Part shown: positions 52,485-64,000 of the stretch, piece after piece | Position numbering within the stretch: the stretch's first letter is position 1 | Layout of the letters: each line of letters begins with the position of its first letter | Source: Isurus oxyrinchus | Taxonomy: Eukaryota | NCBI GenBank assembly: GCA_026770705.1 | Contig: JANJGN010000039.1 | Location: 2,418,001 to 2,482,000 of the forward strand | DNA length: 64,000 bases | Reading direction: 5' to 3' | Position numbers and translations under genes: made by a program | Notes under the pieces: generated by a model | Told to the model about the DNA's origin: nothing | What the model saw: the letters and a program-made list of their open reading frames with translations, nothing else | The model's database searches: none

Positions 52485-55091
52485 GGGTGGAGTCTTCTGA
52501 GCCCACTGACGGCGGGTGTGATATGTGGTGGGCATGGAAAATATGGTGGGGCCCACTTCAAGACGGAATGAAGGCAGGTCGCAATCTTCTCCTCAGCTTA
52601 CCGCTAGCGGGCTGTGTTTCTCACCATCGGTCAACGAGAAGCAGTAGCAAGTGTGATTTTAATTGATTCAGGTTGCCTACCCGCGCCTTTAAGGATCCAA
52701 GAGGCTCGAAAGTGCCATCAGCCGCTCCATGTCTTACCCGACCGTGCCCCCCCCCCCCCCCCCCCCCCCCCCCACTGACCCCCATAAAAACTGGCACTGG
52801 CTTCAAATCCGCCAGCACTTCATTGCACTGCACAACAGTTGCGCTGCACACGTTGTGTAATCTCTTCGCCAACACTGGTTATGTAGCAGTCACTGCTGGA
52901 GGTGCTGTCAGCTCCTTGCATATTCAGCATCATTGTTTGTATCAGTGTCCCCAATGCCGAATGTTGACAAGTCACCCAGGCAGAGCAATCCTCCCTGGCA
53001 TTCTGAGGGGTGACCAGCACTTTCTGGGAAGCATTATGGGTTTTTACTAAAGGACCAGCGATGATTACCACGTGTCGCTCTCTTTCGTGCTGTAGGAGGA
53101 CCATGTCAGGAACATGAATCCTGGTTACCTAGCAGCACGCTTAATGGCCTACAGGGACCGTTTAAGATGGAGGAGAGAGCGACTGGTCAGGCAGCTTCAG
53201 GAGCAAAATCCAGGAGTTAAAGGCTGCATGCTGGCTGTGACGCTCTGGCTGTGAAAACTTTGGCCTCGGTCCTCTCAGAGGCCGAGATTTGCAGGACACC
53301 TGTCTGTTTTCATCGCAGTGGCAGCCTGCTCGACCTGTGCAGCTGGATCTGTATAGTCTACAGGAAGAGGGAAGGCACATGGGCCTGTCACTCGCTGAGT
53401 CACTCGGTTGGATGGCCCCGGAGAGTGCACATGCTGACCTTCCTCCCTATGTGTGCCCGAGAACCCCTTGCTGACTCAGTGGGTGGGAGGGGCAGCTGGA
53501 TTGAGATCATGCATCCGAGGACCCATCTTATGTACGGTCTGCTGGACGCCAAATATGGCAGCAGCAGAAGAGTTAAGCCCATGCAGCATTGCATGAGTAG
53601 ATGCTCTGGACCAAGGTCTCCATGGCAAACACCATAATGCCAGTGTTGGACACTGCATGTTGCAATGCCGGTGCTCCTACATGAACCTGGAGATGGACGG
53701 TCTCCTCCATCGTGCATTACAATTTGAGGAGGGCAGCTGACATGACTTTCTGATGTTGGCTGGCTTACCTTTGCAGCTCCAATTCTGAGATATGACCAAG
53801 TCCAGTTGCTCAACATCTGACTCGTATTCAACAACTTTCTGGCTTCAGAACTCCGTGTGTGGAGACCAGGGAAATCCGTGCCTCCACCTGCTGTGGAGGG
53901 GGCAAGTTGTCATCAGGTTATGATCCCGAGGCTTCTCTAAACCTACGTCCCATGGAGTCGTGTGTCTCTACACTGGTAGAGGGCGTGGATGAGCGCTCTA
54001 AAGTAACTTTAGGCTGGGTGCCTTCAGACTCCTCCTCAGACTTTTAAACGGAGCTGTATGGGGGCACAGAGTCCTGGAATCCGTCGGCCGTTTCGCAGGT
54101 GTACCTGAGAAAACAAGGGGAAATAATCAGTGCATGATATTGGCATATGATAGAGGACACATCACACACAGAAGTGTTTGCTAATGAATGCTGCAATCCT
54201 GGATCCTCACTTGGTAGATCATTGCTGACCTCATCGTTAGCACAAGAGTGGTCCCAGTTATAATTGCCCAGATGAATGACTCTGTTGTTCAATTCCATCA
54301 GAATGTTGATGTCCAGCAATTCGTTCCTGTCTGTGATCTAGCCTTCCTGTTGTGATCCAATTTGTCCATCATGGATAGAGATAAGACGGTGTATCATGAT
54401 TCCTGCCAGGCCAGATGACAAGTATGCCTGGCATGTGTGGGTGGTGAATGGCCCAATGTGCGGGATGAAGACAATGGCGGCCTGTGTGAAAGAGTCAATG
54501 TCGCCGTCCCTTGCACTGGCAGTGAGTGAGGGCCTTGTGTTTGAGTGATGGGTTTGTGAGAGTGTGTTATGCGTGAAGGAAAGAATGACTTACACTGGAG
54601 GGACAGAGGAGATCATTCATCCTTATGTGACACTTGGTGGTTGTCTTTATCTGCAGGTCGTTCGCCCTGACCAATGCTGTGAGCGCTGTCCAGTCTGGGT
54701 TTGTGACATTGATGCCCATCCTCCAGATGCTAGGGCACATCCCAGCGGCCCTCCAGCAGTATCTCGAGGAATCCATCATTTAAGAGGATGGCTGCAGGCA
54801 TTTTACCTTTGTTGGCCTTATCTCCCAGACAGAAGTGGTGAGCTGGTGGTGATCAGCGATTTGCTGAGGGCTGCATTGTAAAGGCAACGGCCAGGGTGAT
54901 GCAAAAGTGCTTTAATGTTGAGCGATCAAATCGAAGTTCTGCCACCTTTGAAACAATGTGTTTATTATGCATAAATAATAAAGTGGTCTTGGGAAGTTAT
55001 GGCATGAAAACCCGCCATTTTTGTCGGTGGCCAGGGCTCCATTTCACCAGCATGCTAGCGCACTTAGAGCAATTATGGGGGAATTCCAGCC
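52485..55091 (-). mobile_element. Harbinger-type element carrying a spliced Myb/SANT-like gene (degenerate)
   Basis: ORF 54567..54779 'VTNPDWTALTALVRANDLQIKTTTKCHIRMNDLL' followed by a GTAAG donor; upstream 'LNDGFLEILLE'; second exon 'DKLDHNRKARSQTG' at ~54300-54370; TIR-like ends GGGTGGAGTCTT and GAATTCCAGCC. Confidence 0.7.
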
Positions 55092-55439
55092 ACTGAAACA
55101 ATGTGTTAAGAAAGAATAAGTTGTTTTGGCTGTGGGCTTTCAGAGCCGAGGCACCAACGGAAGGAGCACAGCAGCCCTTTTGCAGCCAGAGCCATCCCAC
55201 AGCTGGAGGTGAATAGAAGCTACTCTGAAGTAATCGACCTGCAGGGATTGAGATCCCATGAGTCTTTATTGTGCCTGAACGAAAAGAATCATCAGTTCTT
55301 TCAATGATCAGTTTTGGGAGGCCAGGATGACGCCATTGAAGAATTGCTCCATTTTTGCTTACCCCTTGCAATATTGATTATTGACCTTTGGGAGAATTCC
55401 AATTTTTCCAGTGTGTTTTTGTGCAGATGAGTGATTGCG

Positions 55440-55736
55440 TATCTGTCTCACTCTCTACCTCTCACTCCATATGCCTCTCTCTGTTCAGGTCTTTCTCTTT
55501 GACTCCCTCTCTCTCTCTCGCTTTCTTTTTCTATCTCTCATCTCTCTGTTTCTTTCCCCCTCTCTCTTAGATAAATGTATCTCTAATTTTCCTTTTCAGT
55601 TCCCAAATTAACTGGGAATTATCCTTGATCCTTCGCCCCTCGCTTCCTGCTGGAATTTGTCTGGCAAATGTGTTTGTGTATGTTTGAGTATATTTGCCTA
55701 CGTTTGTATGCCTGTGTGTGTGTGTTAACATGTGTG

Positions 55737-55767
<31 letters not shown>

Positions 55768-56542
55768 TAATCCATGTGGGTGTTTATGTATGTGTGTGTG
55801 CACACTTGTCTGTCAGTGTGTGTGTCTGTGTTTGCATTTGTTGGTCTGTGTGTATGTCTCTGTGCATGTACACACGCGTGTGTGTGCGTGGAAGTGCTCA
55901 AACGTGTGTGTGAGTGACAGAGAGAGAGAGAGAAAAAGAGAGAGAGTCTTTGAGTATCTTGTAAAAGTGGTTAGTATAACTTCATATTCAAAACTGCAAG
56001 TTAACAACTTTTGCCTATCTATTTAACTGGACTGGTCTTATAAATTAACAAACATGCTTGTTATTTACTGAACGAAGCTTGATTAACGTCTCTTTTATTC
56101 TAACAGTAGCAAAATTAAACAATTGGCTAATTTAGTGTGTGAATCTGTCTTTTAAACTATTGGTATGACCTGTGGAGTAGTGGGGTTAAATATACTGCAC
56201 TCGTATCCCAATTGCTCGAAACAGGCTATGTCTCTCTCTGCCACTCCTCTGCTGTCTTGTACTCGCATTCTCTCTCTGCTTATCTGTCTCACTCTCTACC
56301 TCTCACTCCATATGCCTCTCTCTGTTCAGCCCTTTCTCTTTGACTAACTCTCTCTCTCTCTTTGTTTTTCTATCTCTCATCTCTCTCTCTCTCTCTCTTT
56401 CTTTCCCCCTCTCTCTTAGATAAATGTATCTCTAATTTTCCTTTTCAGTTCCCAAATTAACTGGGAATTATCCTTGACCCTTCGCCCCTCGCTTCTTGCT
56501 GGAATTTGTGGGGCTGTGTGATGGAAATTTGTCTGACAAATG
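55440..56542 (+). repeat. Local direct duplication (55440-55670 vs 56281-56542) flanking a (GT)n/(GA)n microsatellite
   Basis: 'ctctacctctcactccatatgcctctctctgttcag..ttcccaaattaactgggaattatccttga' occurs twice. Confidence 0.9.
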
Positions 56543-56906
56543 AAAGGGTAGTTTTGCCATGTTGTTGATTTTCATTGGAATCAGTGTGACGAATGAGAAT
56601 GCTGGACAGTAGGAAGTGCAATTTGGAGGGGACACAGCCAGGGCAGGGGTTTTCTCTCCAACCAGGGTGAGGGATTTCTGTGATGCCAAAGCTCCCATGA
56701 GAGGGAAGAGATGTCTTATTACTGATATTTCTTCCTTTCAATCATTGTGTTGCACGATGAACAGTTGAACTGGCAAAAGAGCGAGGACGGCTAACTGGAT
56801 GTGTGTGCCTCCTCCACACCTTCCATCTCTGCAGCTCCAGCCGCTGTGGTTCTGTAATTAACTGAGAACCTGCTGAAACGCTCAGTGATTTGTTTATTTT
56901 TATTGT

Positions 56907-57799
56907 TTAATATGTTGAAATAATTGGGGTGAAGAGATGTTGCAGCATATTCTTAAATGCTCCGTGAACTTAGCCTGCTCTCTCTGTAAATCCCATGGTT
57001 TGTGCAACAACCCAGGAGCTGCAGCATGAAGCCAAATTCCTGCACAAAAGCATAGAGATACATAGACTTATAGCACAAATTCCACATCAGTCTCCAACTA
57101 GAAGAAACAATTGACATTGAACATAACAGGAAGAAATTGGCTGAGATATCAGACAGAAAATTCATAGATTTCCTTCTACTCACCATCTATGGATCGCCGG
57201 GATTATCCCACTTCCGTGAGCCTGGAATCCCCTGTGTTCTCTGCTTTACATTAAAATCTACTTCACCATGAAAACAGTGAGCAGCAGAAACAGGGTAAAT
57301 GGAAAACAAGATGTTAGAATATGTTGGAGGAACTCAATTGCTACCCAGAACAGCGATTCGTGAATATCCCATGTGAAATCCCTGAAACCAGGGGGCGTTC
57401 ATCAGCCGATATTCAACTGTTATCATAATATACGAGAAAATGTTATTTGAACAGCTCAGCACATTCAATGTTCCCAGAAGCACAGTGGCTATTTTCTCAC
57501 TGCAATATTCAGTTTTCAGCTTCAGGGAACAAATGGCCACAAATCCCCCAAAGGTGAAAGCGACAGTGAAACAGACAGGACAGTCTGTGGCTGCATAAAG
57601 CAAGATGGTGTGGATATTACACACGTGGATGGAGTTCCAGAAGTAAAACTGTTCCTTAAACAAGAATGGAATGTGCCTTATTATCACATCAGGGATAACG
57701 ACCATTCGACAGCCACAGTCATGGCCACCAGGTACTGAGTTACACATTTGGACAGACCACATCTGTTGCTCCTGAGGATCACAAGCATGACAAAGTTCG
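56907..57799 (-). pseudogene. GPR139/GPR142-like GPCR copy D, exon 2 pseudogene
   Basis: Acceptor caggcag|CG AAC at 57799; reads NFVMLVILRSNRCGLSKCVTQYLVAM / IIRHIPFLF..VCNIHTILLYAATDC..TFGGFVAICS / SRRKSM..ISANF..FGFMLQLLGCCTN. Several frameshifts, and DRF is mutated to GGF. Confidence 0.92.
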
Positions 57800-59154
57800 C
57801 TGCCTGGACGGGAGATAAAGAATTAGATCATACATCAGGCTGAGTCAAAGCAACTCGTTTAATTGAGGAGTTTTTGTATGTGTTATTGCAGCCTGTAATA
57901 CATTGTGAGAAATGAACCTGAAATAACAAATGGGAAGGTTTGCGATCGAGTTGAGGAAGCCGAGTAAAACAACAAAAGCTGAAGGGGTGGAGGAAGTGGA
58001 TGCAGGATTATCGCGGGCGCTAGAGGTGATGAGGGTACAAAGGATGAATGTTGGGCCCAGGGGACCACAGGGGGATTTAGTTGGAGATCGGAAAAGTCAG
58101 GAGTGATTGAAACGTAACTTTGAAACCCAATGCTAACGGAGGAGCCAGGCAATAATAGGGCGGCCCAGGGGTGATGGGAGAACTAAGGAACACGTATGAT
58201 TGGGCAGAGCCTGAGGTGATGGTTGTGTTAAGGACAGGGGTGTGATCTGGATGTTCTCCCCATTTCTCTGCTAACTAGAACAGGATGCATTTCTGGGAAG
58301 GAGTGTTTAAACATTACAGTGCAGCAGTTTTTAGGAAAACTGACTAAGTAGTTTTTCTTGTAAAGTTAAAAAAATAAAGGAAATGATTAAAATGCATTTC
58401 TTACGAAGTGTATCGAGATGTCATTCTTCAAAGACACACACATGCAAACACAAATACACAAACACACACGTTAGAACTCTAGGGAACTAGTATACGCTTC
58501 GATTATTAGAAGCTTGGAACAGAAACAGGCCCCTTCACTATATTCCTTAAGATGGTACTTGATTTTCTCCTTTTTGAAGACAAATGGAGGTTGCAAAATT
58601 ATGATTATTAGTCTAAATTGTAGTTATGAAGAAATATATCAAAAGGTAGAACTTGTTAGCCTCTTTTTATCACCTGCGCTGATTCCAAACATTGTTCTTC
58701 TTTTTCTTGGATGGGCATATCTTCCCTCAAGTGTTTCTTCCTTTCTGAGAATAACTGACTTCCATATATTCAAAAATGATGTCAGCTATTCAATGTTTCC
58801 AAAAGATATCTGATGCACAACGTCAGTTGTAAAGATTATTTCTACTAACATAAGCTTACTTCCTGACCCGTGACCATCGAGTTCGATTTCATGTCTCCAT
58901 ACATTAACATTCCCATTACAAGCAAGATGCAAACCCCTCCTCTATCCATCTTCCAGACAGATGTAATGTGACCATGACAGGGGAGAAAGGAGAGTGGGTG
59001 GGGGAAGGGATGATGAGTGAGAGAGGAGTGCAAAGGGAAAGCTGGTTTCACATTAGACGACGAAGCACGTCCCGGCACACAGAAACCTGACTCTTGTAGT
59101 GTGTGCACTCTTCCAGAGGAGAGACAAGAAATTGGACATTTCGCCTAGCGTTGG

Positions 59155-60135
59155 ACTGACACACACACACACAAACACACATGCACACACATGCACACCC
59201 ATACAAATAAACATACACACAGGTAAATGCACAAGTATATGCAAACATTGGAACAAACACATGCAGGCACATACAGACGCAGCGGCAAACACACTCACAG
59301 AAACACACACTGACGCCCATCCCCAGAAAGACATACATACATACACGCACACACAGACACACAGACACACACACACACACACATGCACACAAACAGACAC
59401 ACATGCCCGCCTCCAGGAAAANNNNNNNNNNNNNNNNNNNNNNNNNNNNNNNNNNNNNNNNNNNNNNNNNNNNNNNNNNNNNNNNNNNNNNNNNNNNNNN
59501 NNNNNNNNNNNNNNNNNNNNNNNNNNNNNNNNNNNNNNNNNNNNNNNNNNNNNNNNNNNNNNNNNNNNNNNNNNNNNNNNNNNNNCACAAGACACATACA
59601 CACACACACACACACAATCACACACACACAGACACACACACGCCCGCCTCCAGAAAAACACACACACATACGCACACACACATGCATGCATGTGTACACA
59701 CTTAGAAGTACAGGCACAAACAAACAAACACTTACATATGAAAATGACACAGAGACACAGCAACAAAGCACATGCACATGCATAAAAAATACACACGCAC
59801 ACACAAATTCACCCCTATGCACAAACAGAGCGACAAACACAGATACGCAGAGAATAAAAGCACAGAGGCTCATGTACTCATCATCTTACTCACTCTTCCT
59901 GTCTCTCTCTGTATCGCATAGACACATATATTCCCATGCTCCACCACACCTCACATACACTCACGTACAGCCACACTCACATCCACACATACACACACGC
60001 ACATACACACACACATACACACACACACAAACACATACACAGACACTCACACACACAATCACATACACTGGCACACACTCGCATAGAAGCAAGCACATAG
60101 AAAAATACAGACAGGCGCAATCACACACATACGTC
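59155..60135. repeat. CA-rich microsatellite/minisatellite containing an assembly gap (Ns 59422-59585)
   Basis: (CA)n tracts with recurring 'cgcccgcctccagaaa'-like units on both sides of the gap. Confidence 0.95.
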
Positions 60136-60422
60136 ATGAAAAACCAAGACTCGCACATTTGGTTCATTCATGCCCTTTATGGAATGAATTCTGCCATCGT
60201 AACCTGGTCTCGTTTAAATGTGAATCCAGACCTGCTTCAGTGTGGTTGAACTTTTAATGAGCTAATAAATCAATCAGATATGTCAAAGAGCTGAAAACCT
60301 CAAATAAAGGAATGAAACTGAAAGCCCACACAAAGTCGACCTATGCACTGTAAACAACAAAGTAAACTCACCCCTCTCGGCCCTGCAATAACTTCGTTAT
60401 TGATATTGGGGCTAAAGTCATA

Positions 60423-62905
60423 ATTGAGAATTAAGTTTTTAGATAAGGTTATTTAACTGAGAGCTTGGTTCATGATGGAGATGAGCTTCGAAATCAATAA
60501 GAACTATTAATCTACAAAAGATAAACTGCTTGAATCGTTAAGGTAGCGGAACTGCTGTCAATCAAGCAGTGTGCTTTGTCCAAGATTAAGTCAATATTGT
60601 TGAATGTTATTGGAACATAACTTATCCATACAAGTGTAGTATTTTCCAATCACACTCTTGATTTGCGCCTTGTAGAAGAGAGACGGGCTAAATGACACGG
60701 AGTGTTTGTTGGATAATTATTTACTGTCAATGATCATTGCCTGTTGCTGGTGCAAGGCGAATATAACTTGTCGGTTGTCAGCAGAGGCCTGGGTGTTGCC
60801 CAGGTCCTGTTAGTTACACATAGGCAAAGATTTCTTCAGCATCTGTTGACTCACAACTTTTGCTTAAGTTTGCGCAAATATGAGTGGATGCTATCTCCAC
60901 CCCCCGCTCCCCAAACCCAAACCTTTTCTGAGCACATGATGGAGAGAGATTCAGTGATGAAGTGGATTAAGGTGGTTGCGTCCCGGACTATGACTTCAGC
61001 ATCTCCTGCAGTGATATCAAGAGCCTGAGGTGGGTGACTTGCAAAAATAAAAATCCTTTGTGCTCGGCATGACTCCAATCAGTAGAGACTCCCCCCAGCC
61101 CCTTATATGTATTGAATCAAATTTTGCTTGTGTTCCCTGCTAACATAAAATGACAAACGTTGTATTGATATGAAGCACAGTCGCTCTCGCATCACATCAT
61201 GAGTTCAGCACCAATGTCCATGTCTGTATCAAATCTGAACGAAAAGCTGGAGCTCAGACAAAACACATAATGAACGTCAATGAACAGTCTTATCGCGTAA
61301 AGGCCGGTATTTTAGTTGTACTATTACAACGTGGCTAGGAAGGATTTTTCAGGGACACTGATCTCCAATCCAACTGGTGAAATCTGACAGGACCCATATC
61401 CTCTTGTATCATCCAGCCCCTACAGTTGTTTCTTCATATCACGCTATGTGAATCAAATAGGCTGAATTCTGGCCCCTGCGATGTTGCCATCTTAAGAACG
61501 AGGCCGGAATGTTCCATCTACTCCTCACTTCAACCTGAATGTGGCTGCAAATTTTTTAGCCATTTTTTGGCACTGATGTGCTGAGCTCCACAATCATTGC
61601 CGATGAGGATATGGGTGGAGTGTCCTTTGATCACTCTCCAACAGTAAAGAAACGATTTCAAGTTATCAGAAACGTCGTTTGAGAACAAAGTCAACATCCT
61701 TTTATACATCAAATGATTGTGTTTATGCTCTCACCAAAGCAGTCACAACGATTTGGCAATATGTATTTATTTCGAGATGCATGCCCTGAATTGAGGGTTA
61801 ATAAGCTCATAAAGGTTTCGGTAAACTAAATTAAACATGAAATAACAGCAGTTAAGATTAAAAGCAAATGCATAGGTCTACAAATTAACACAATAATAAA
61901 TCCTAAAACGCCTAATGATTTTGGCTCCCATTTACACTCTCGTTAAGGCAACAGTAAAACAAGAAACACATCCCGGCTAGTCACACATCACCCTGGACAG
62001 AATAATTCAGAGTGGCGTTTTTCACAGCTTGGATTTCTGTAGACAGCAGCCTTATGCTCAAACGATGGGGGCTTTTCCCAATTATGTTAGATTTTTCATT
62101 GCCTCCTCTAACTGCAAAGTTCCACATCCTTGTTATATTTTCTCCCTTTAACTGAAAATTTCATTTTCCCCAAATATCTGTTGAACATAACTTTTTTTCC
62201 GTACAGAAACTCATTACTTTGTGCTAATGTTATTGTTAACTTTTTGAAAACAAAATAAATGCACCTCTTTGCTCGTCTTCACGTGCTAGGTGTTACATCC
62301 TCTATGAAATTCAAACTACCCAGATTTAACTAAAATGCAGACTCTGCACATCTCACATTCCAAATCTTCAGCCACGTTTACATGTTTTGCATTTCAAAAC
62401 TTCCTAATTTTGTTGACTCAAGGCCTCCAGACTTAATAATTTAATTGCTGTCTGCAAGTAAATTAAATCTCACAAACACACTGAAACGATCTATAACCCA
62501 GTATTAACCTACCTATAAAATAATATCACGAGAAATATTAGATATTCGGTAAGATATGGTTTAAATGGATTTCTAAAATACATAACATCAAGCCCTCAAG
62601 GAGGATATTGTTTTCATTACTGGACACAACAATTTTGCAATAATTTGAAAGCATTTGGACGGTTGCAGAATAATTTCACCACTATCGCTCTAAGGAAGAA
62701 ATTATAAATTACTTAGCAAGATCGTAGCATTTGAAGAGGGAAAGTTTCAATATGGCTCGCTAGGGAGAGAGTTAATTAACTTCCTGGAGGTTTGCGTTTA
62801 CTGTAAACAGGGCCGAGTGAACTGGATTGTAAATGCTCAAAAGGAATAGACGGGATTGTAGGCCAGGGGCCGCTGACGGTTCAATAGTCCTTGGGGAATG
62901 AGATG
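60423..62905 (+). repeat. Mosaic segmental duplication: 30655-31862 (direct) + 27653-27763 (inverted) + 38491-39171 (direct)
   Basis: Direct sequence comparison; junctions at ~61625 and ~61736. Confidence 0.9.
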
Positions 62906-63054
62906 GTAATTGACCTGTAATTTGAGTTGAGGGAGGAGTTCCATAGAACACATGCGCAGGAGGTGTTGGTCAATGAGTCTCTAAACACACCCAGGCGATC
63001 AGAATCTGTTAATAAGCCCTTGAGGGTGCAGGGCTTATTAATCCTAGGCGCCAA

Positions 63055-63340
63055 TGGTGGAGGGGGGGGGGGGGGGGGGTGGGGGGGGCGGTGGAGGGGT
63101 CTGTGTGGAGGGGGTGGTGGGTGGTGGATGGTTTGGTTTTGGGTATGGGGTGGTGGTGGTAAATGAAACTAAGGACCAGGGGGTGGATTATTAAATCCCG
63201 GGAAGAGGGAACAGGAGTGTGCAGACCCAGATGAAACGTGCAGTGAATACTGCTTAAGAAAGAAAGCAAGAAATGAAAAAGCAAAAAAGCAAGAAAGAAG
63301 AAAGGAAAGAAAGAAAGACAGAAAGAAAGAAAGAAATAAA
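63055..63340. repeat. G-rich tract (G4-capable) and (GAAA)n microsatellite
   Basis: Long G runs at 63055-63160; GAAA repeats at 63255-63340. Confidence 0.8.
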
Positions 63341-64000
63341 GAGGAGCAGCAACTTAATTTAGCCATTGGGCCAGTCCCTTGTTTCAAACTCAGGAAGAAA
63401 ATATGGATCAATATATTCAGTTTATGGGAGCATTAACTTAACTGCGCTGGGTTCCCGCGTGTTACAAAGAACACCAGGTAACGGTCGCTGATTTAGGAAT
63501 GCTGGTTAGGGGCCCATATTAGTTTTCCACGATGGGATTGTTCTCATGAATAAAAACTGAGAGAGAGGGAGCAGTGTTGTGGACCTTGATAGAGAGGAAA
63601 CTATTTGAAAGCTCTGGAAATTGGGGGCTGGATCTTTACTCTCAAGTGAGGGGCTGATAAGTAACAGCGTTGCCTGGGGCTACGGAAAATGGTGATTTAT
63701 ATCAGTGAGTGGGCGGTCGCTAATATAGCCTGGTGGTTGGCTGGCGGTAACAATGGTAACAATAATGGTGACAAACGGGGCGGGGAGGGGGGGGGGCGAG
63801 GTGGTGGGTGGGGGTAATAACGCCGGGGAGATGTCGCAAGTTATTTAACAGCTGGGCAAGCGTGTGTTTTTATAAATGCATGAAGGAGACTTAGATTAGG
63901 AAACCCTGGGCAGAGACAGAATCTTAAAAGCCAGCGGCCTGGAAAACAGTTTAATACTCTAAGTGGCGAGGGAATGGTTTATTAAAAAGTGGGAAGAAAG

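Noticed and set aside
52673-53834. Several 70-144-aa ORFs including poly-Pro/poly-Gly
   Set aside because: GC-rich interior of the Harbinger-type element plus a poly-C run; no coherent host gene.
27585-57799. Assigning the gene symbol GPR139 or GPR142
   Set aside because: Family resemblance only. Multiple divergent paralogues mean orthology cannot be established without a phylogeny.
59048-60249. Long His/Thr- and Cys/Val-rich ORFs (up to 288 aa)
   Set aside because: (CA)n microsatellite and N-gap read-through.

Overview
Vertebrate genomic DNA, most likely from a cartilaginous fish (inferred from the shark-type SINE, CR1, L2 and Harbinger repeats and the GPCR family present). It has two assembly gaps and is dominated by decayed transposons and tandem repeats. 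The genic content is a cluster of four paralogous class A GPCRs of the GPR139/GPR142-like type, all sharing a phase-1 intron in TM1. (A) An orphan exon 1 at ~10.1-10.3 kb (-). (B) A + strand gene (27.6 kb and 36.0 kb) whose exon 2 is cut off beside a Gmr1-type LTR retrotransposon. (C) A near-intact ~350-aa gene at 43.6-47.8 kb (-), broken by one extra T in a T8 run. (D) A decayed exon 2 at 56.9-57.8 kb (-). Other notable structure includes a 42-nt ATG- and glycosylation-site repeat that builds the receptor N-terminus, shared promoter and intron fossils between paralogues, and a mosaic segmental duplication with an inverted templated insert. A 56-bp TGACAG-palindrome satellite ends at an orphan Pol II promoter-like module. 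Repeat boundaries were read by eye and are approximate; no searches were run.
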